From: the human T2T-CHM13v2.0 reference genome, Homo sapiens
DNA length: 64,000 bases
Reading direction: 5' to 3' (one strand)
Assembly (NCBI RefSeq): GCF_009914755.1
Contig: NC_060931.1
Position 1 is the first letter of the stretch, and each line of letters begins with the position of its first letter. The translations under genes and the position numbers were made by a program. Positions 43,629-58,299 of this stretch are shown piece by piece. Below the pieces are notes generated by a model. The model did not search any database and was not told the origin of the DNA. It saw only the letters and a list, made by a program, of their open reading frames with translations.

Positions 43629-44959
43629 TAGTTCTACTGTACTGGCAGACGGGAGGAGGCAGGGGAGGAGGGGCGCGCGCGCCGGGTGGGGAGCCACGGA
43701 GGGCTTCGCCGCTGCCTCCCTCCCTCCCTCCGCAGCTTGACCCGGTAGTGAAGGCAGAGAGAGAGGCAGGCTGGGTCCGCCTGGCAGCCTACGGGAGGAG
43801 GCGGGAGCCGGGAAGGAGGGGAGCCTAGGCCCGGCGTGGGGAGGCCGGCAGGAAGGGCCTCGAGCCCAGTGCGGACCTTTCTTCAGCCTCTGTGCGACCG
43901 AGCCGCGCGCCAGGCTCCTGTGCGAGGAGGACGCGCTGACTCCCTCCGACCTGGGCTCCGATGGAGCAGAAATAGCGGGACCTGGACTTGTGGCGCGCCT
44001 GGTGCCACATCTCGGGCTCTGCGAGCGTCCTGGCGCGGGATCCTGCCGTGAGAAGGAGTTGGGGCGGGGGACCCGGCGGGGCATTGCGGGAGAAGGCCTG
44101 GGATCCCTGGGAGCCTTGTAGCGTGGGGGAGTTCACTGTGTAGAGAGGTTTCATGTCTTCATCTATATAGTCACTTATTTGTCTTAAAGTTCTCGAAATT
44201 CCCTCTTAGAGAAGGAGAAAGTTAGAGAACTGGAGGCTGCGTACCCTGATTACGCAGAAGGGAAGCAGCCTCGCATTCCCCGGGGCAGGCCCCCGCCCGC
44301 GCGTCCCGCCAGTAGGGGAATTTAGCGGACGGCTGCGGTTGTCTGGTGAAAGGCTATCCAAGGATAAGGGGCTTCACTTTTCCCAAGTAGGGGAAAGAGA
44401 AGGGGTCTACAGGGCTAGGGGTGGAGGGAGCGGATGCAGTGAGCAGCCTCCGCAGAGAAATTGACAATTTAACCAGGGACCTGCGGCAGAGACAAGGCGG
44501 AGACACTCCCTTGCCCAGGAAAGCCGCCAGAGTCCGGCTTGTACCTGGGGAAGAATCCTTAAGACGGTCTGGCCCAACACTCCTTTGCTCACAGAGAAAG
44601 GGGAGAAGACTCCCGAGGGTGAAAATGGTACATTCGGAGCTGGAACTCAGCTCGCTGACCCCAAGCAGTGTTCCCTTCTTTTCGCCAGGTTTGCATCCAA
44701 GAGAGGGGAGGACAGGGGCAAAAGGATGCAGGGAGGCTGCTGATTTCCACTGAAGAGCTAATTTCCTGTGAGACATTAACAGTGATTTAAGAAAAAGATT
44801 CCTGTAACTGGTAAATGAATTTCATTTGCTTAACTTTTAGATGATATGTTTCAGGCAAAAAAAAAGTTGTGCACCCACTTATCTCTTTAAAGCGGAGGAT
44901 GAAAAGCATTGAATAGGTAGGATTCTTAATGTCTGAGATGAAGGCGATGTAGGAGGCAA

Positions 44960-45190
44960 ACAATACGGTTAAAAATGTTGAGTCGACCCAAACAGAAAGA
45001 CCAGGTTTCAATCCAGACTCTGCGGCTTACTGAGAATATGATCTTGAGTAAACTGCTTGACCTTCCTGAGCCTCAGCTTTCTTAGTTGTTAAATGGACTT
45101 TAACAATACTAATCTGTTAGGACTGTGGTGAGGATGAAATCAGGGAAATCAGTCACAGCAGTGCTCTCCTGGCACAGGTGAGTAGGAGTT
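44960..45190 (+). mobile_element. MIR SINE
   Basis: CCAGGTTTCAATCCAGACTCTGC..CTTACT..TGATCTTGAGTAA..CTGAGCCTCAG core. Confidence 0.8.
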
Positions 45191-45574
45191 CGAAATGATA
45201 ATTCCCTCCTCTTTCCCTCTTAGGTATAACTTACTACTTGGGGATGAGGGGGATCAAATGTAGTCAGAACTGGAAGAGATCTTAAAGAAAGATGATTTGT
45301 TTAACCTTGTGTCTTTTTTTCACTTGAGAAAACAGATCCTCCGTAAGTTGGCTGCACTAGTTGAAGCTTATTCAGTGAGCCAGGGGCAGTGCCAGGATCT
45401 GAAGCCAGAGCTGCAGGCAATGCCCAGGAGTAGGCAAGACTTGATAGCAAAGCCTAATCTCACCCAGAGAAGTTGAGTGTTAGCATTATGAGGCATAGTT
45501 CTAAATGGAAACTCATCATGAGAACCGAATATATACATATTGTAAAACCAAATGACAAGCTACCATTCATGGAA

Positions 45575-45800
45575 TATACTAATATTTATTAGGTTCTAAC
45601 TACATGCAAGATGTTGTTTTATAGGCTTTACACATAATACTTAATTTCTCCTGACATTTTGATAAAATAGGTACTGTTATCTCCTTTTACAGGTAAGGAA
45701 ACTGAGGTATACAAGGATGAACTTTTGCAAGGCTACAAATCTTGTTAATGGTGAAGCTAACGTTCAGACCCAAGTGGTTCGGCTCTAGACTTTGTCTCAG
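45575..45800 (-). mobile_element. MIR SINE
   Basis: TTTTACAGGTAAGGAAACTGAGG core. Confidence 0.75.
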
Positions 45801-46917
45801 TTACTGAATTGAACTCTCTGTGCACTTACAATGTGTCATACCAGTTCTCACTACATAGTGTCCCAAAAGATTGGGCCTGCTCTTTCTTTCAGAGACAATT
45901 AGGAAAAAAGTAAACAAACGGAGCAGGATTTGGGCATAACAGCATGCTCCTCCCATCCCCCAAATCCCAGGAGTGTCACTGAGGTCAGTGCCAGTTAACT
46001 TAGTGCTCTTCAACTTCACAGCTACCCTTTTTTGCCCTAAATTGTGACATTAGAGCTGAAATCTGTAAACGTCTTTATGGTCAGTTGGCACAGTGTTTAG
46101 CTTTGTCAATAGAAGGTGCTAGGGGAACACTGCAGAAAGAAAGGGGCTCCTTTTCTTGGTTCCAGTGCTTTCCTGCTTGCTCCTACGGTGTGGTGGCCAG
46201 TGAGTGACTTTCTGACCAGTGGTGTGCAAGAAGGCCATGTTACATAATCTTCAGTAAATTTGGCCAGTTCCCTAGTATGTGTCTTTCTATGGAGTACCAC
46301 TGGCATGTCAGTGGAATGGCTTCCTAGCAAGTTTTACTGAAAACACAGCTGATGGTTTCCTCAGCAGCCCAGTGTGTGACACCTTAAATTTCTGGATCAT
46401 TAAGTGGACCACAGCCATATTATTTCCAATGAGCGCCTACTTTCAGGCTTAGTAGGGTGGAGGGTGGGTAGGGGGAAGTTCTACTCAGTTATTCCCTCCT
46501 TGGGTACTCTCCTAGAGCCTGAGAGATAGTGGCTGTTCCCAATAACCACTATTACTGTATTCTTTAGTGGGATTTTTTCCTGTCCTAATAGTCAATACCC
46601 TTTGACTGGATCTTAACTGATAAAAGTGGAACCCTGAGGAAAGCACTATCCTTGGAGTCAGAAATTGGGATCAGATTTTTTTTCTTTCTCTTATGGTATT
46701 CCTCATATTCGCTTAATTTCTCCACTGCCTTTACCCTTTTTGGATTTGATGCTATGTCAAGAAAAAATTATTTCATCACTGAGCACTCTGAGTGTAGAGC
46801 AGAATGCTAAATATTGCATGCTATTCCAGAAGAAAAATAGTTTAGGAATCCTAAAAGCCAAAGAAAGAAAGATATGAATGCATTCAGTTCTTAGAAGAGT
46901 TCTATGAGATAGATGCT

Positions 46918-47385
46918 TGTGGCAGACATAGTCTCCACCCAGATCTCCTAGGATCCCTTTGGTTGAATCTGAGTATCCTTCCTCTAGCTTCTGTGTTCTT
47001 TTACTTCTCACAGCCTGCCCTGAGAATCTCTTTGGAGGAAGGCCCAAACACTACTAGACTCACTTTGTGTACTGGCATAGAGAGCCAGACAGAACCACCT
47101 GCAAGTTTACTTCTTTCCCAGGATACCCTTTGCCAAGGACTTTCCTATAGAGTATAAAAGACCAGCCGTCTTGCCTCTAGTAGCAAGAAAACCTGAGGTG
47201 TAATTTACACCCTGAGGCTCCCCTATAGAATTATATTGATGTTAATATTTTGCCTGAAACCACCTTCTTCCCTATCTTGCTTACTGTGGTACCTGATGAG
47301 TTTTTCTTGGTAGCATTTCTATAATAAATCACTTGCAGACAATCTTCATCTCAGGGTTTGATCCTGGGGATCCTGACTTAAGACA
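46918..47385 (+). mobile_element. LTR16-like ERVL solo LTR
   Basis: TGTGGCAG start. End AATAAATCACTTGCA..TCATCTCAGGGT...CTTAAGACA is typical of LTR16. Confidence 0.75.
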
Positions 47386-48441
47386 TTGCTATTCTTTTTT
47401 TTTTTCTTTTACAGATGAGGAAACTGAGGATCAGGGCTTTTAAATTGCCCCAAATCACACTACTAATAAGAGATAGAGTTGTGGTACCTTTTTTAGAGGG
47501 ACCATTATTCTGCTGACTGCAGTACTGTAGAGCATAAAGTTTCTTATCCACACTGTTTCTTAGTTCAGTCTGTCAATATCACTACTCCACGATTATTGTT
47601 GTTTGTTTTTCTTTCTCCCTGTCTTTTACCTCAAAAATCTCTATTGTGATGCCAGAGAGACCTTTCTGAAACCTCTCCTTTTTTCTGTGTTTAAAACCCC
47701 CCAGTGCCACCCATGAAATACACAGCAAAGTCCAAACTCCTTATCTTGCTTGGATCCTCCTTTCCACCCTTTTTAACTGTTCAGCCATATTTCTCCATGT
47801 ACTTCTGAGATTGGAACCCAGGGCAACAAAGCTAATGTGGGTTCTCCAAGATTAACACAACTGAAAGGAGGCCCCTTTATGCCATCTATTCTAGGTCCCT
47901 TGGAATATAATTAAAAACAGGAATTTCAACATTGAAATGTAATGATGTTCAGGTAAGGGCAGTAAGGTACATTGACTTGAGTCAATCTCCCACCATGTCT
48001 GGGGACTGGGACAGCTGAGCCAGGGGTCCTACCTAAGGGTCAGGCCTGTGTCTTCACTTCTCCTTTCAACCCTTTACTTCTTCCAGAGTTGAACGGCTTA
48101 CTTTCCTTCGCTCACTAGGCCATTTCATGGCTTGTGTTTGCCTGAAATACAACTCTTTCCCTCCCTGGTCTACACCTGCTCACCCTGAAAGAAATACCTC
48201 TGAGCCCACTTTCTTTCTTGGAAGCATTTTATGACTCTTATTTCTGTTATCAACACAGCTTTTATTTATGTCTCCATGTATCCTTTGAAGAAACACAACT
48301 TTTCAGGTTCTATGTTTTATTTGCATTCTTAGTGTCTGGCACATTGTCTGACACAGTGTAAAAGCTGAGTAGAATTTTGCCTGATAGCAGATGTGCCTGA
48401 AGTGAGGGTGTCCAAAATTTCATTAAATGACGACTGCTTTA

Positions 48442-48597
<156 letters not shown>

Positions 48598-48637
48598 TTA
48601 CTGATAGTATTAAATGATTATCTCTTTACATTCACAG

Positions 48638-48790
48638 TAATGTCTTACAATAACAGAATGCAGGAGAGCACATATCAATGAAGAAAAGACAAAATGTACT
48701 TATCCATGAAGCTGAGGTTAAGAAACCAGTGTCTTCAAGAGCCAGGGACAGCACTGGGTCTGTGCAGAGTTGAGAGATGGTGATGACATG
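48638..48790 (+). ncRNA. MAGI2-AS3: Probable internal exon of MAGI2-AS3 (153 nt)
   Basis: Branch-point-like TACTGAT at ~48599-48605, pyrimidine tract and acceptor TCTCTTTACATTCACAG| (AG 48636-48637), donor ATG|GTGAGA after 48790. Confidence 0.65.
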
Positions 48791-49101
48791 GTGAGACACA
48801 AATTCAGTCTATTTCATAGTTTGTCTGTGGTCATTCCTATTAATAAACTTCCTTTCACAACTGTTTCAATATTCACACAAAAATGTTAACCCAATCTGCA
48901 GTTGTACCCCTTGAATGTAAAATAAAAAACAAAAGCCCACAAAAATAGGAATCCACACTTAAAAGGTGGATTTATTTAGCACAGTACGGAGTTTCTTAGA
49001 CTTCTCTATCACTGTCTCTAACAATGACATACTCACCTAACCCCACTAAGAGCAACTTTATTTCGTCTCTAGTTTTCGTCTAAAGATTCATGTGGATTTT
49101 A

Positions 49102-49360
49102 GATTCTACTCTTTTGTAGGTTCGTATTTGTACTATTATAAAATGTGACTCTCTCTCCAAACTTTGCCTAAATTATGGAATGATTTTTCATGTTTATCCA
49201 GTGGTTTCCAGCATTCTTGGCCCAGTCTGGGATTCTACTCTTTTGTAGGTTCGTATTTGTACTATTATAAAATGTGACTCTCTCTCCAAACTTTGCCTAA
49301 ATTACGGAATGATTTTTCATGTTTATGCAGTGGTTTCCAGCATTCCTCACCCAGTCCAGG
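49102..49360. repeat. 129-bp tandem duplication (2 copies)
   Basis: Copies start GATTCTACTCTTTTGTAGG at 49102 and 49231 and are nearly identical. Confidence 0.97.
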
Positions 49361-52300
49361 GACACTGTGGGTGTGCCCAGCTTAAGTCCAGTAACTGGAA
49401 ATACAAGCCCAAGTTCTGGAGAGTTTGAGCTGCAGAGATATATATGGGAACACTTTGAATCTTGACTCATTGGCCATAACCAGCAGAGTGGAAAATACAA
49501 GAAGAGAAAAAAACATTGAACTGCGATTTTATAACATCCTTTACTAGGCAGAGAGAAGAGGAAACACCAGGAAAGAAAACTGTATTACGATGTGAAAACT
49601 TAATGTTGAGAAATTCAGGCATCTTGGGGTTAGTGAGGAGAAGTTTTAGGGGCTTAGATTCTTCTAAACACATGTACAGAAATGCATATTTCATCTGATA
49701 TCAAATGGCATTTATAGTGCTAATCTTTACCTCAAGACTTCACATCTTTTGGTGATTGCATCTTTTAGGTTTATAGCAGCTAAGTTTGCATGAAAACACC
49801 AGGGCTGTTTCATTTCAGTCAAGAATTAATGTTCATTGATTGTGCTTCTGCATTTCATGTAACTATTGTAGAATTTGTTTTAGTTTTATGAGGGAATAAT
49901 TGTTCCAACTTCTATATAACTCAGGAATTTACTCTCAAACAACACTGTCAATTAGTTACTTATCTCTCTGGAAATGATCTGGGAACATGGAGAGGAAAGG
50001 GAGGAAGGGGCAAAATCTGACCACTTAAATCTAAGCATATTAGATCATTTTATGCTAGAAAGTCCTGAATGATGTGACTTTCGTTCTTGTAAAACACCTC
50101 TTTCCATAGATTCATGGCCCAAACAGTATATAAAGAGTGGGGAAGGAACTGCATTTGCAAATAGTTCAAATCATTGCTCCATCTTAACTACGCAGTTCAC
50201 AAAGTGTGAAGAAATTTGATCATCTCAAAAAAGATAATGGGGAAAAAATATGTTTTGTTCTGTGACTTTAAAGTCTTGCAATATTTTACATAAATGATAA
50301 TGGGTGCTTTAATAAGAACTCTTGATACTTTTGTTATTGTATTCAATATATGCATATAATACAACAGGATGATATTGTTTTGGATTTGGAAATGTATTCT
50401 TTCTTATGCAATCTTATGCAGTCATACTGCTTGAATATCATTACCTGAATTTATCTTTCTTTTTTTTGTTGTTGTTTTACACTCTACTTATTTGGTGCCT
50501 GTCAGTCTTCTGTCATCAGTTTATATTCTACTAAACTCAAAAAGACAATCTCATACCTTTTGTAATTGTAGGCATTCTTTACTAGATTTTTAAATACACT
50601 TCAAAAATTCAAGTGCTTTGATTTCATGCCATCAAGTAGCTGAATCTATCCCCCCGTCTCTTTTTAAATTTAAGTGAGTAGTTCAATTTCTGTCACTTTC
50701 TACTTTGTGAATTCTAAATCTTTTAAAACCATCTTGCCATTTTTCGTGCACTTACCCTTACAGAAAACTCTGTGAAACACTACTTATCTCTACTTTTATG
50801 TTTTTAACTCCTTTTTTATATTACTATTCCCTCTGCTTTCTAAATGCACATATTAATTTGTTCTTTTTATTCTCTGTAGCTCTTCTCAGTGTATGAATTC
50901 AGTTTCCCATCAGTCTCCATACAATTAAAAAAAAGTTGAGTATTCTGTTATTTTAATAAGATATCTAGTGCCCATATTCTAATTCTGCCCCTTATTTTTA
51001 ATATAATTTTATTGTTGATTTAAAATGACAACAGTTTCAATTCCCAGAAAGTGAAAGGAAACAAAGGAATAATATTATGGGCTTAATTTTTATCAGTGAA
51101 CTTGTAGGTGAAGAAAAGATTTGGGGAAGGAAATGAACATATTATATTGCAAAATAGTAAGGAACAATCAGATGTGTTTTCTAGTCTCTGGAAAAGCATG
51201 TTTCAAGAAATTCAATGAAAAGTTCATCATGCTTGCTTAGATTGTTGAGAAGCAAAAATACTGATGAACATTTGGAAGCAATGAGAATGTAATTCTAATC
51301 ATACTATTTTAATAATGTTGCAAAACTCTCCAAACACTACTCTGTGTGGATGTCTTTCAGAATATGATGAATACTAGTAGTCTTATTCTGCCCTTTTCTC
51401 TCTATCACAATATATACATTCTATATTGCATACACATATTTTCCAAATATTACATATAATTTCATGTAATTTATAGACCTATTAAGGCCCAACCATTTTC
51501 TTGGATAGGGGATTCTTTAGAAGTCCAGCTTAAATAAAGCCCGTATAGAAAGTTTTTTTAAAATTTATACATAATCACCTAAAGTAACCTTATCTACTGA
51601 ACTCTTAGTACATGCTACCGGAACCTTTTATCATGTTTCTTCCTGGCTTGCATTACAACACTGTTGACATATCTCAGCCTTACTTCTAGGCTTCTTTGAG
51701 AGCATGACTCATGTTTGTATTCCTCACTGAGGTTGAATGAATAAGAGAAACTACAGTAGTAGGAAAAAACAGTACATGTAGATATCAATGAATATGAAAG
51801 GGTCAAATGGATCTATTATAGTAAGCACAAAATCAACTGACACCAGCAAAGTAAACCCAAAATTTTTAATGGTATTTTAATAGATCAAGAGGAGCAAGCA
51901 GATTTTTGAGACAGTTGTCTCCTACTTTCTCTATCACAGGGAGTAATTTTAAAAGAAAAATGGAGGGTAAGTTTCTTTAAGAGAAAATTGTAGTTTAAAA
52001 CAGGTCATGGGATAATTAGAAATAATTTAATTTCTTTAGAGGATTTTAATCTTTCAACTGCTTGCAATTAGATCCTAAGGCAATAAAAGAATAAGGAGAT
52101 TTGGAAAACCATTGTCTGTAATCTCTGAAGAAAAGTGGACATTAGGGGAGTCAGTTGAAAAGCAAAGCTATCACCATTTTCTAAAGAGGAAAAAGGTGAA
52201 CCTCACAAACTATAGACCAAAAAAATAGGACATCGAGAGAAAGAATATGAAGCTAGCATAGGTTCACAAAGAATGAGTCAAATCAAACAACATGCATTTT

Positions 52301-52844
52301 TTATTTATAAAGCATGACTTGTTCATTGTCAATTCATGTTAGCTTAATCATTAGGCATTAATGCCATCACTGCAATGCATATGTCAGCAATAAATAATCA
52401 AAGACCAGGCTTCCATCATTCTGTTTAATATCTTCAAGTAATGCTTAAGTTTGCAAATGCTCTTTTAACACATTCTCCATATGCAGCCTGCCCAGCACTG
52501 CACACAATAGACCTGTTACTTCCCCCTCACGAGCACTCCTAATATTTCATGTGCTCATCCAATTGACTTCTCCCACTGGTGCCTCATATTGAATTTGTAG
52601 AATCACACCTGCTCCTTTTTCAAAACTCTTCTGAGTTTTTTCTTAAATAATTCACTGACCCCAAAGTTGTCAGATATTTGAAGACTACTCGCACAATTTT
52701 AATATTATAAATGTATAATGTAAATGTAATTAAGATTTGTATAATGTACGATGTACTTTGGTAAATAAAAGTATGCTGTGAATAAATACGTATGATACAA
52801 TTCAAAATTTTACATAAATATGTGATAAAATTTAGCTCATATTC

Positions 52845-53210
<366 letters not shown>

Positions 53211-55849
53211 TAATTTTCATTAAGATATTGATCAATTAATAGCTATATATGTTCTATAAATTAATCCTATCTAGTTTCAATCTTAAATTGTTTGCATATA
53301 CTAATCTAGTTTATTGTTTGCATATATTTTATAGTGTAGAGATTAGGCATTTTAATAAAATTTTAAAATTTCCAGGACATACTGTTAATGACTATGCTTC
53401 CTACTATAGGCCATAATTAATTTTTTTCTATTGTCAACAATATTTTGGTAGGGATGATCAGGAAATAAGGAAATGTTTCCTTCATTTGTTAACAATAGGT
53501 GTTTGGGGATTTTAAAATGAAAATTGAAGAAGTAAAAGACACCATATATTTAGTTTGTTTGATTTCGTGGCTTCAGGAGTTCAATAATTTATTGAAATAT
53601 TTTACAGACCAAAGAACAACAGATATATTACATTTATAAGCCCCCACATATTTTAAAGGATAATGGTTTATATATGAAAATTCCCTGAACCTACACTTCA
53701 TCAGGAAAAGCTAAATAAAAGAAGTTTACATTTCCTAGGACTAATGGAGATTTATTTCCCAGTCCTCTTCTCTGGAGACAAATGTAGGTCTCTCTTGAAA
53801 AGCAGAAAGTTTTGCATATGAGGTATGATTTAGTGGGCTAGAAACATCTTTTCCACCCTCCCCAAAATGTTTCACTATGTTTTATCATACTATCTGATAA
53901 TTTTGCACTAAAGTTTTCTTTCTGTGTTAAGAAAATGCAAATATCTCTGAATGGGTCTCTTTGCTTTAGTCATACTCATATGGCTACTACTGAACAAAAT
54001 ATGTTCATTACAGGATGAAGGGAATGTTGCCAGCCAGCAAATCCCTAGAGTTTGCACTACACCAAACGTTGCTTAGCAATTTCCACGATTTTCTCAGTCT
54101 AATTTGCAAGAATCAAGGAGATGTTTGTGTATGCTACATGAAGTTGTAAAATTGGTATTTATTGTATGTTTCTATATCGAAAGCTTTACAAACAAAGGAA
54201 ATGGAAAGTTAACAGGTGGATATGATAGTGTGGCACTACTTTAGCTGGATGGTAAGGGAGAGCTTCTCTTAGGAAGTGTTTTAGGCCAGGACTTGAATAA
54301 TGAACAGTATCTAGTTGTACAAAAATCTGGAGGAAAGACTTTTCAGGCCCAGGAGAAATGAAAATTCTTTTCATGCATACAAGAATGAAAGTGAAAATTA
54401 CCTACTCTATGTCCTGAAGTGGGAAGTTGGCTTGCCAGAGAGTAGGTAATTTTCACTTTGATTCTTTCATGCCTTCAGTTATACTACTTCTTAGGTTAGT
54501 TCATAAGGGTTTCCACAATTTGGTTCCCACTTAAAATTTAAAACTTCCCTAACCCATTCCCACCATATATTGTGCTAATCCATGCATATGTGACTTTGCG
54601 TATGCTGTTTTCATTGTTTAATATTCTTCTCATGCATTCGTTCTTTCCTGATAACGAACTCATCTTTGAAACTCCCCTTCAAGCATCCTCTACTTTAGGA
54701 GGCCGCTTCTCACTGTCTCCTGCCTACCACCCATTGAATTGTTCAATTTTTAAGCTGCCATTGTCTTGTGCAGTTGACACATTTCTTTGCAATTACTGAT
54801 TTACATGTCTGCTTTTATCACTGGTGAGGTTCTTTAGGACAGAGACATTATTAATTCATCTCTGGGCACATATGTTCCAACATATTAGAAGTACTACAGA
54901 GTGCTATTACTATGTAGTATGTAGTATTAGTAGTAGTTACTCACAAATCATTTTTAAATAAGTGATTATAATATCTTGTTGTTATTATGATTTAACACAA
55001 GATGGAATTTATTTTCAGAAGTTTCCATGATATATTTGTTCTATTTAAAATCCAATAGCCATTAGAATATTACCATTATTTAATGTAAAACAATAAAATA
55101 TTAAATATGATCGTTCATATTTAATGCAAACCGAACTCATGGAAATATTGTGTAAAGATCAAGTAATTTTTGACATACAATTTTAAACTCAACTTTTCAT
55201 ATAGCATACCTTATGATATATTTTCAGCCTACTTTTAAATATGTTGGCATTGAAAGCCAGTTACTAATTCGCTGAATTCATGATTTCTTTTTAAGTTATA
55301 GAAGTGGAATTATGTTTGAGATATTCATTGCATTACATTTACCAGAACTTGAGTTCTTAACATGGAACCTGAGAGTTTCTCCAATTCTTAAGTCCCTGGG
55401 AGAAATAGATTAGCTGGATGAGGAACTGAGAGGAAAAATGGTCAGAGATGTAGCAAGAGTTGGGAAGAAGGAACAATGATTTGCTTTCAAGGAGATTTTT
55501 TCATTGGTCTGTTTTCAGTGACAAACCCACTGCGATAATACATGTAAAGTGAAAACATTCAGGAAGTTCCCTTAGAAACCTCTTTTCTGGCAGTTCCTAA
55601 TTCTACAACATTGTATAAGTGAAATACCATAGTTACTGTCATAGTAAATTGAGCCAAGAGAAACAAGGGAGCAGGAGAAGAAAAGAATTAAAGAGAGTTT
55701 TGTCTTTCAGTCTTCACTCTGTTTCTTCTTGCTTTTACCAGTCATTCAGGTTTATATAATTTCTTTAGAGAGGCTTCTACTATGCAGGTCTTCCTTAAAG
55801 TCATTGGTATTACCTGGCATGATATGTGAGCCTTTAATATCAGTCCCTT

Positions 55850-56690
<841 letters not shown>

Positions 56691-57759
56691 TTTCGAAGGA
56701 AAAATATCCATTGTCTATATACAGTGGACATAGATAGTAATAATACTGATCTTGAAAAGAGCAGTCTTAAATAGATCCCATTAATAGTTAAAGATAACAT
56801 ATCTTAGAATTCTAGATATTAGAGAGATTATCTAGAGCTGTAATCTAGATATTTTATAGATCTTTGCTGTGCTGTTTTGAATTTGTGTTGGAGTAGAACA
56901 ATCAGATGACAAAAGCTCATCCCACATGGAAAAATCAAAGCATTCATTACAGAGAGAATTTTGAAATAAATGCATATATAAAAAATATATATGCATATAT
57001 AATGCATATGTATATGCATATAAAATATATATATAAAATGGGGGTTATAAACAATGAAGGAAATAGTGATACTATCTATGTGGGAACAATACTAGTATCC
57101 TCCCTTTGGATGAATACAGTAGCTACAGATGCAATTCTGGGGACTCTGTTTAGCAATAGCTTAACTATTGCTTGGCTACAAGCATGGATAACTTGTTCAA
57201 AGATAATGAGGAGTTGTAAATATTTAAATAAACAGGATTTGCAACATAAAAAGCTTTGTGACTATGTGTCTGAATTCTTAGAGTTTTCTCCCAGCAAGAC
57301 CTTGGATGTGGCAGACTTTTCTGTAATTGTCCATCTCGCCCCTATTTCATGAAAAGCCAGAGCTTCTCTACTTAGTTTGCTAACCCCAAATATATAAATT
57401 CAATAGAAGTACTAGCCTGTTTTTACTGGTTTATTTGCTTTATCTAAAAAAAACAAGGCATAGTTTAAAGTCTGTTTTTGATAGCATAACAAAACAAAGG
57501 TTCTCATTTTAATAATGCATCACATATACACTTGGTAACTATTGCATAGTAATAATTTAATAACTTGAGAAATATATTTATGCATGTATGTGTATATGTT
57601 CATATATATGTTATTTTTAATTCAGAAGTAAAACAAATATTGGAAGAGGCCACAGTTATTATAAAAATAATTTGACCAGTATTGGACAATGCAAATAGCA
57701 ATCATTTAGAAGTTTCTGTACAACAGATGCCATATGTGTTACATTTTATTTGATCATCA

Positions 57760-57960
57760 AAATTGTCATAGATATTATTATCCCCATTTCATAGAAGAAA
57801 CTGAGATTATATAATTTGTTCAACTTGACCAACTTCTTATAACTAATACATAGTAGAGATAAGGTTGAAACCTCATTAACCAACTTCTTATAACTAATAC
57901 ATAGTAGAGATAAGGTTGAAACCTCATTGGGTTTGACTCCAGACCCCAACCTCTTTTGAG
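57760..57960 (-). mobile_element. MIR SINE containing a 51-bp tandem duplication
   Basis: ATTATTATCCCCATTTCATAGAAGAAACTGAG core and TTTGACTCCAGA end. Confidence 0.7.
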
Positions 57961-58299
57961 TGCATCATAAAAGGCTTTGGTCTGCCCGTGGCCAGTAACA
58001 ACTTTTACTAAATTGATTCTTTGCTTTTTATCTGTAAAAGGAAGTTATTCACCTATTTTGATGATCCCCAATGTTTTTAACATCAATAAATGTGTCCACC
58101 ACACATGATAGTTTTTAATGTTTTGTTTCCATGATTACAGGATTAAAAAACTATTAATTAGTGATACTTTTAATTTTGATTTTATTAATTAAAACACATC
58201 TGTCTACATCTGAAGAATAGCACTTGTGACAACAGCATAGACGGCTTCATTTTGAGGAGTAAATTACAATTGAACATGACCAAATATACATAGAGAAGG

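Larger units (their letters stand above)
41900..44700. promoter_or_regulatory. CpG island / bidirectional promoter of MAGI2 and MAGI2-AS3
   Basis: Abrupt switch to GC-rich, CpG-dense sequence. GC boxes (GGGCGG at 42189 and ~44062, CCCCGCCC at ~44290), an E-box CACGTG at 42155 and GCGCGC runs. Encloses MAGI2 exon 1. Confidence 0.92.

Noticed and set aside
42130-44776. Many overlapping 60-174 aa ORFs in the CpG island (e.g. 42683-43168, 43560-44084, 44421-44753)
   Set aside because: Expected from stop-codon scarcity in GC-rich DNA. Several start at GTG or TTG, they are low-complexity, and none has a recognisable domain. The 161-aa one is largely the antisense shadow of the MAGI2 CDS.
56906-57352. 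148-aa ORF
   Set aside because: Runs through AT-rich (TA/TGCA) low-complexity sequence, has no domain similarity and no splice context. Likely chance.
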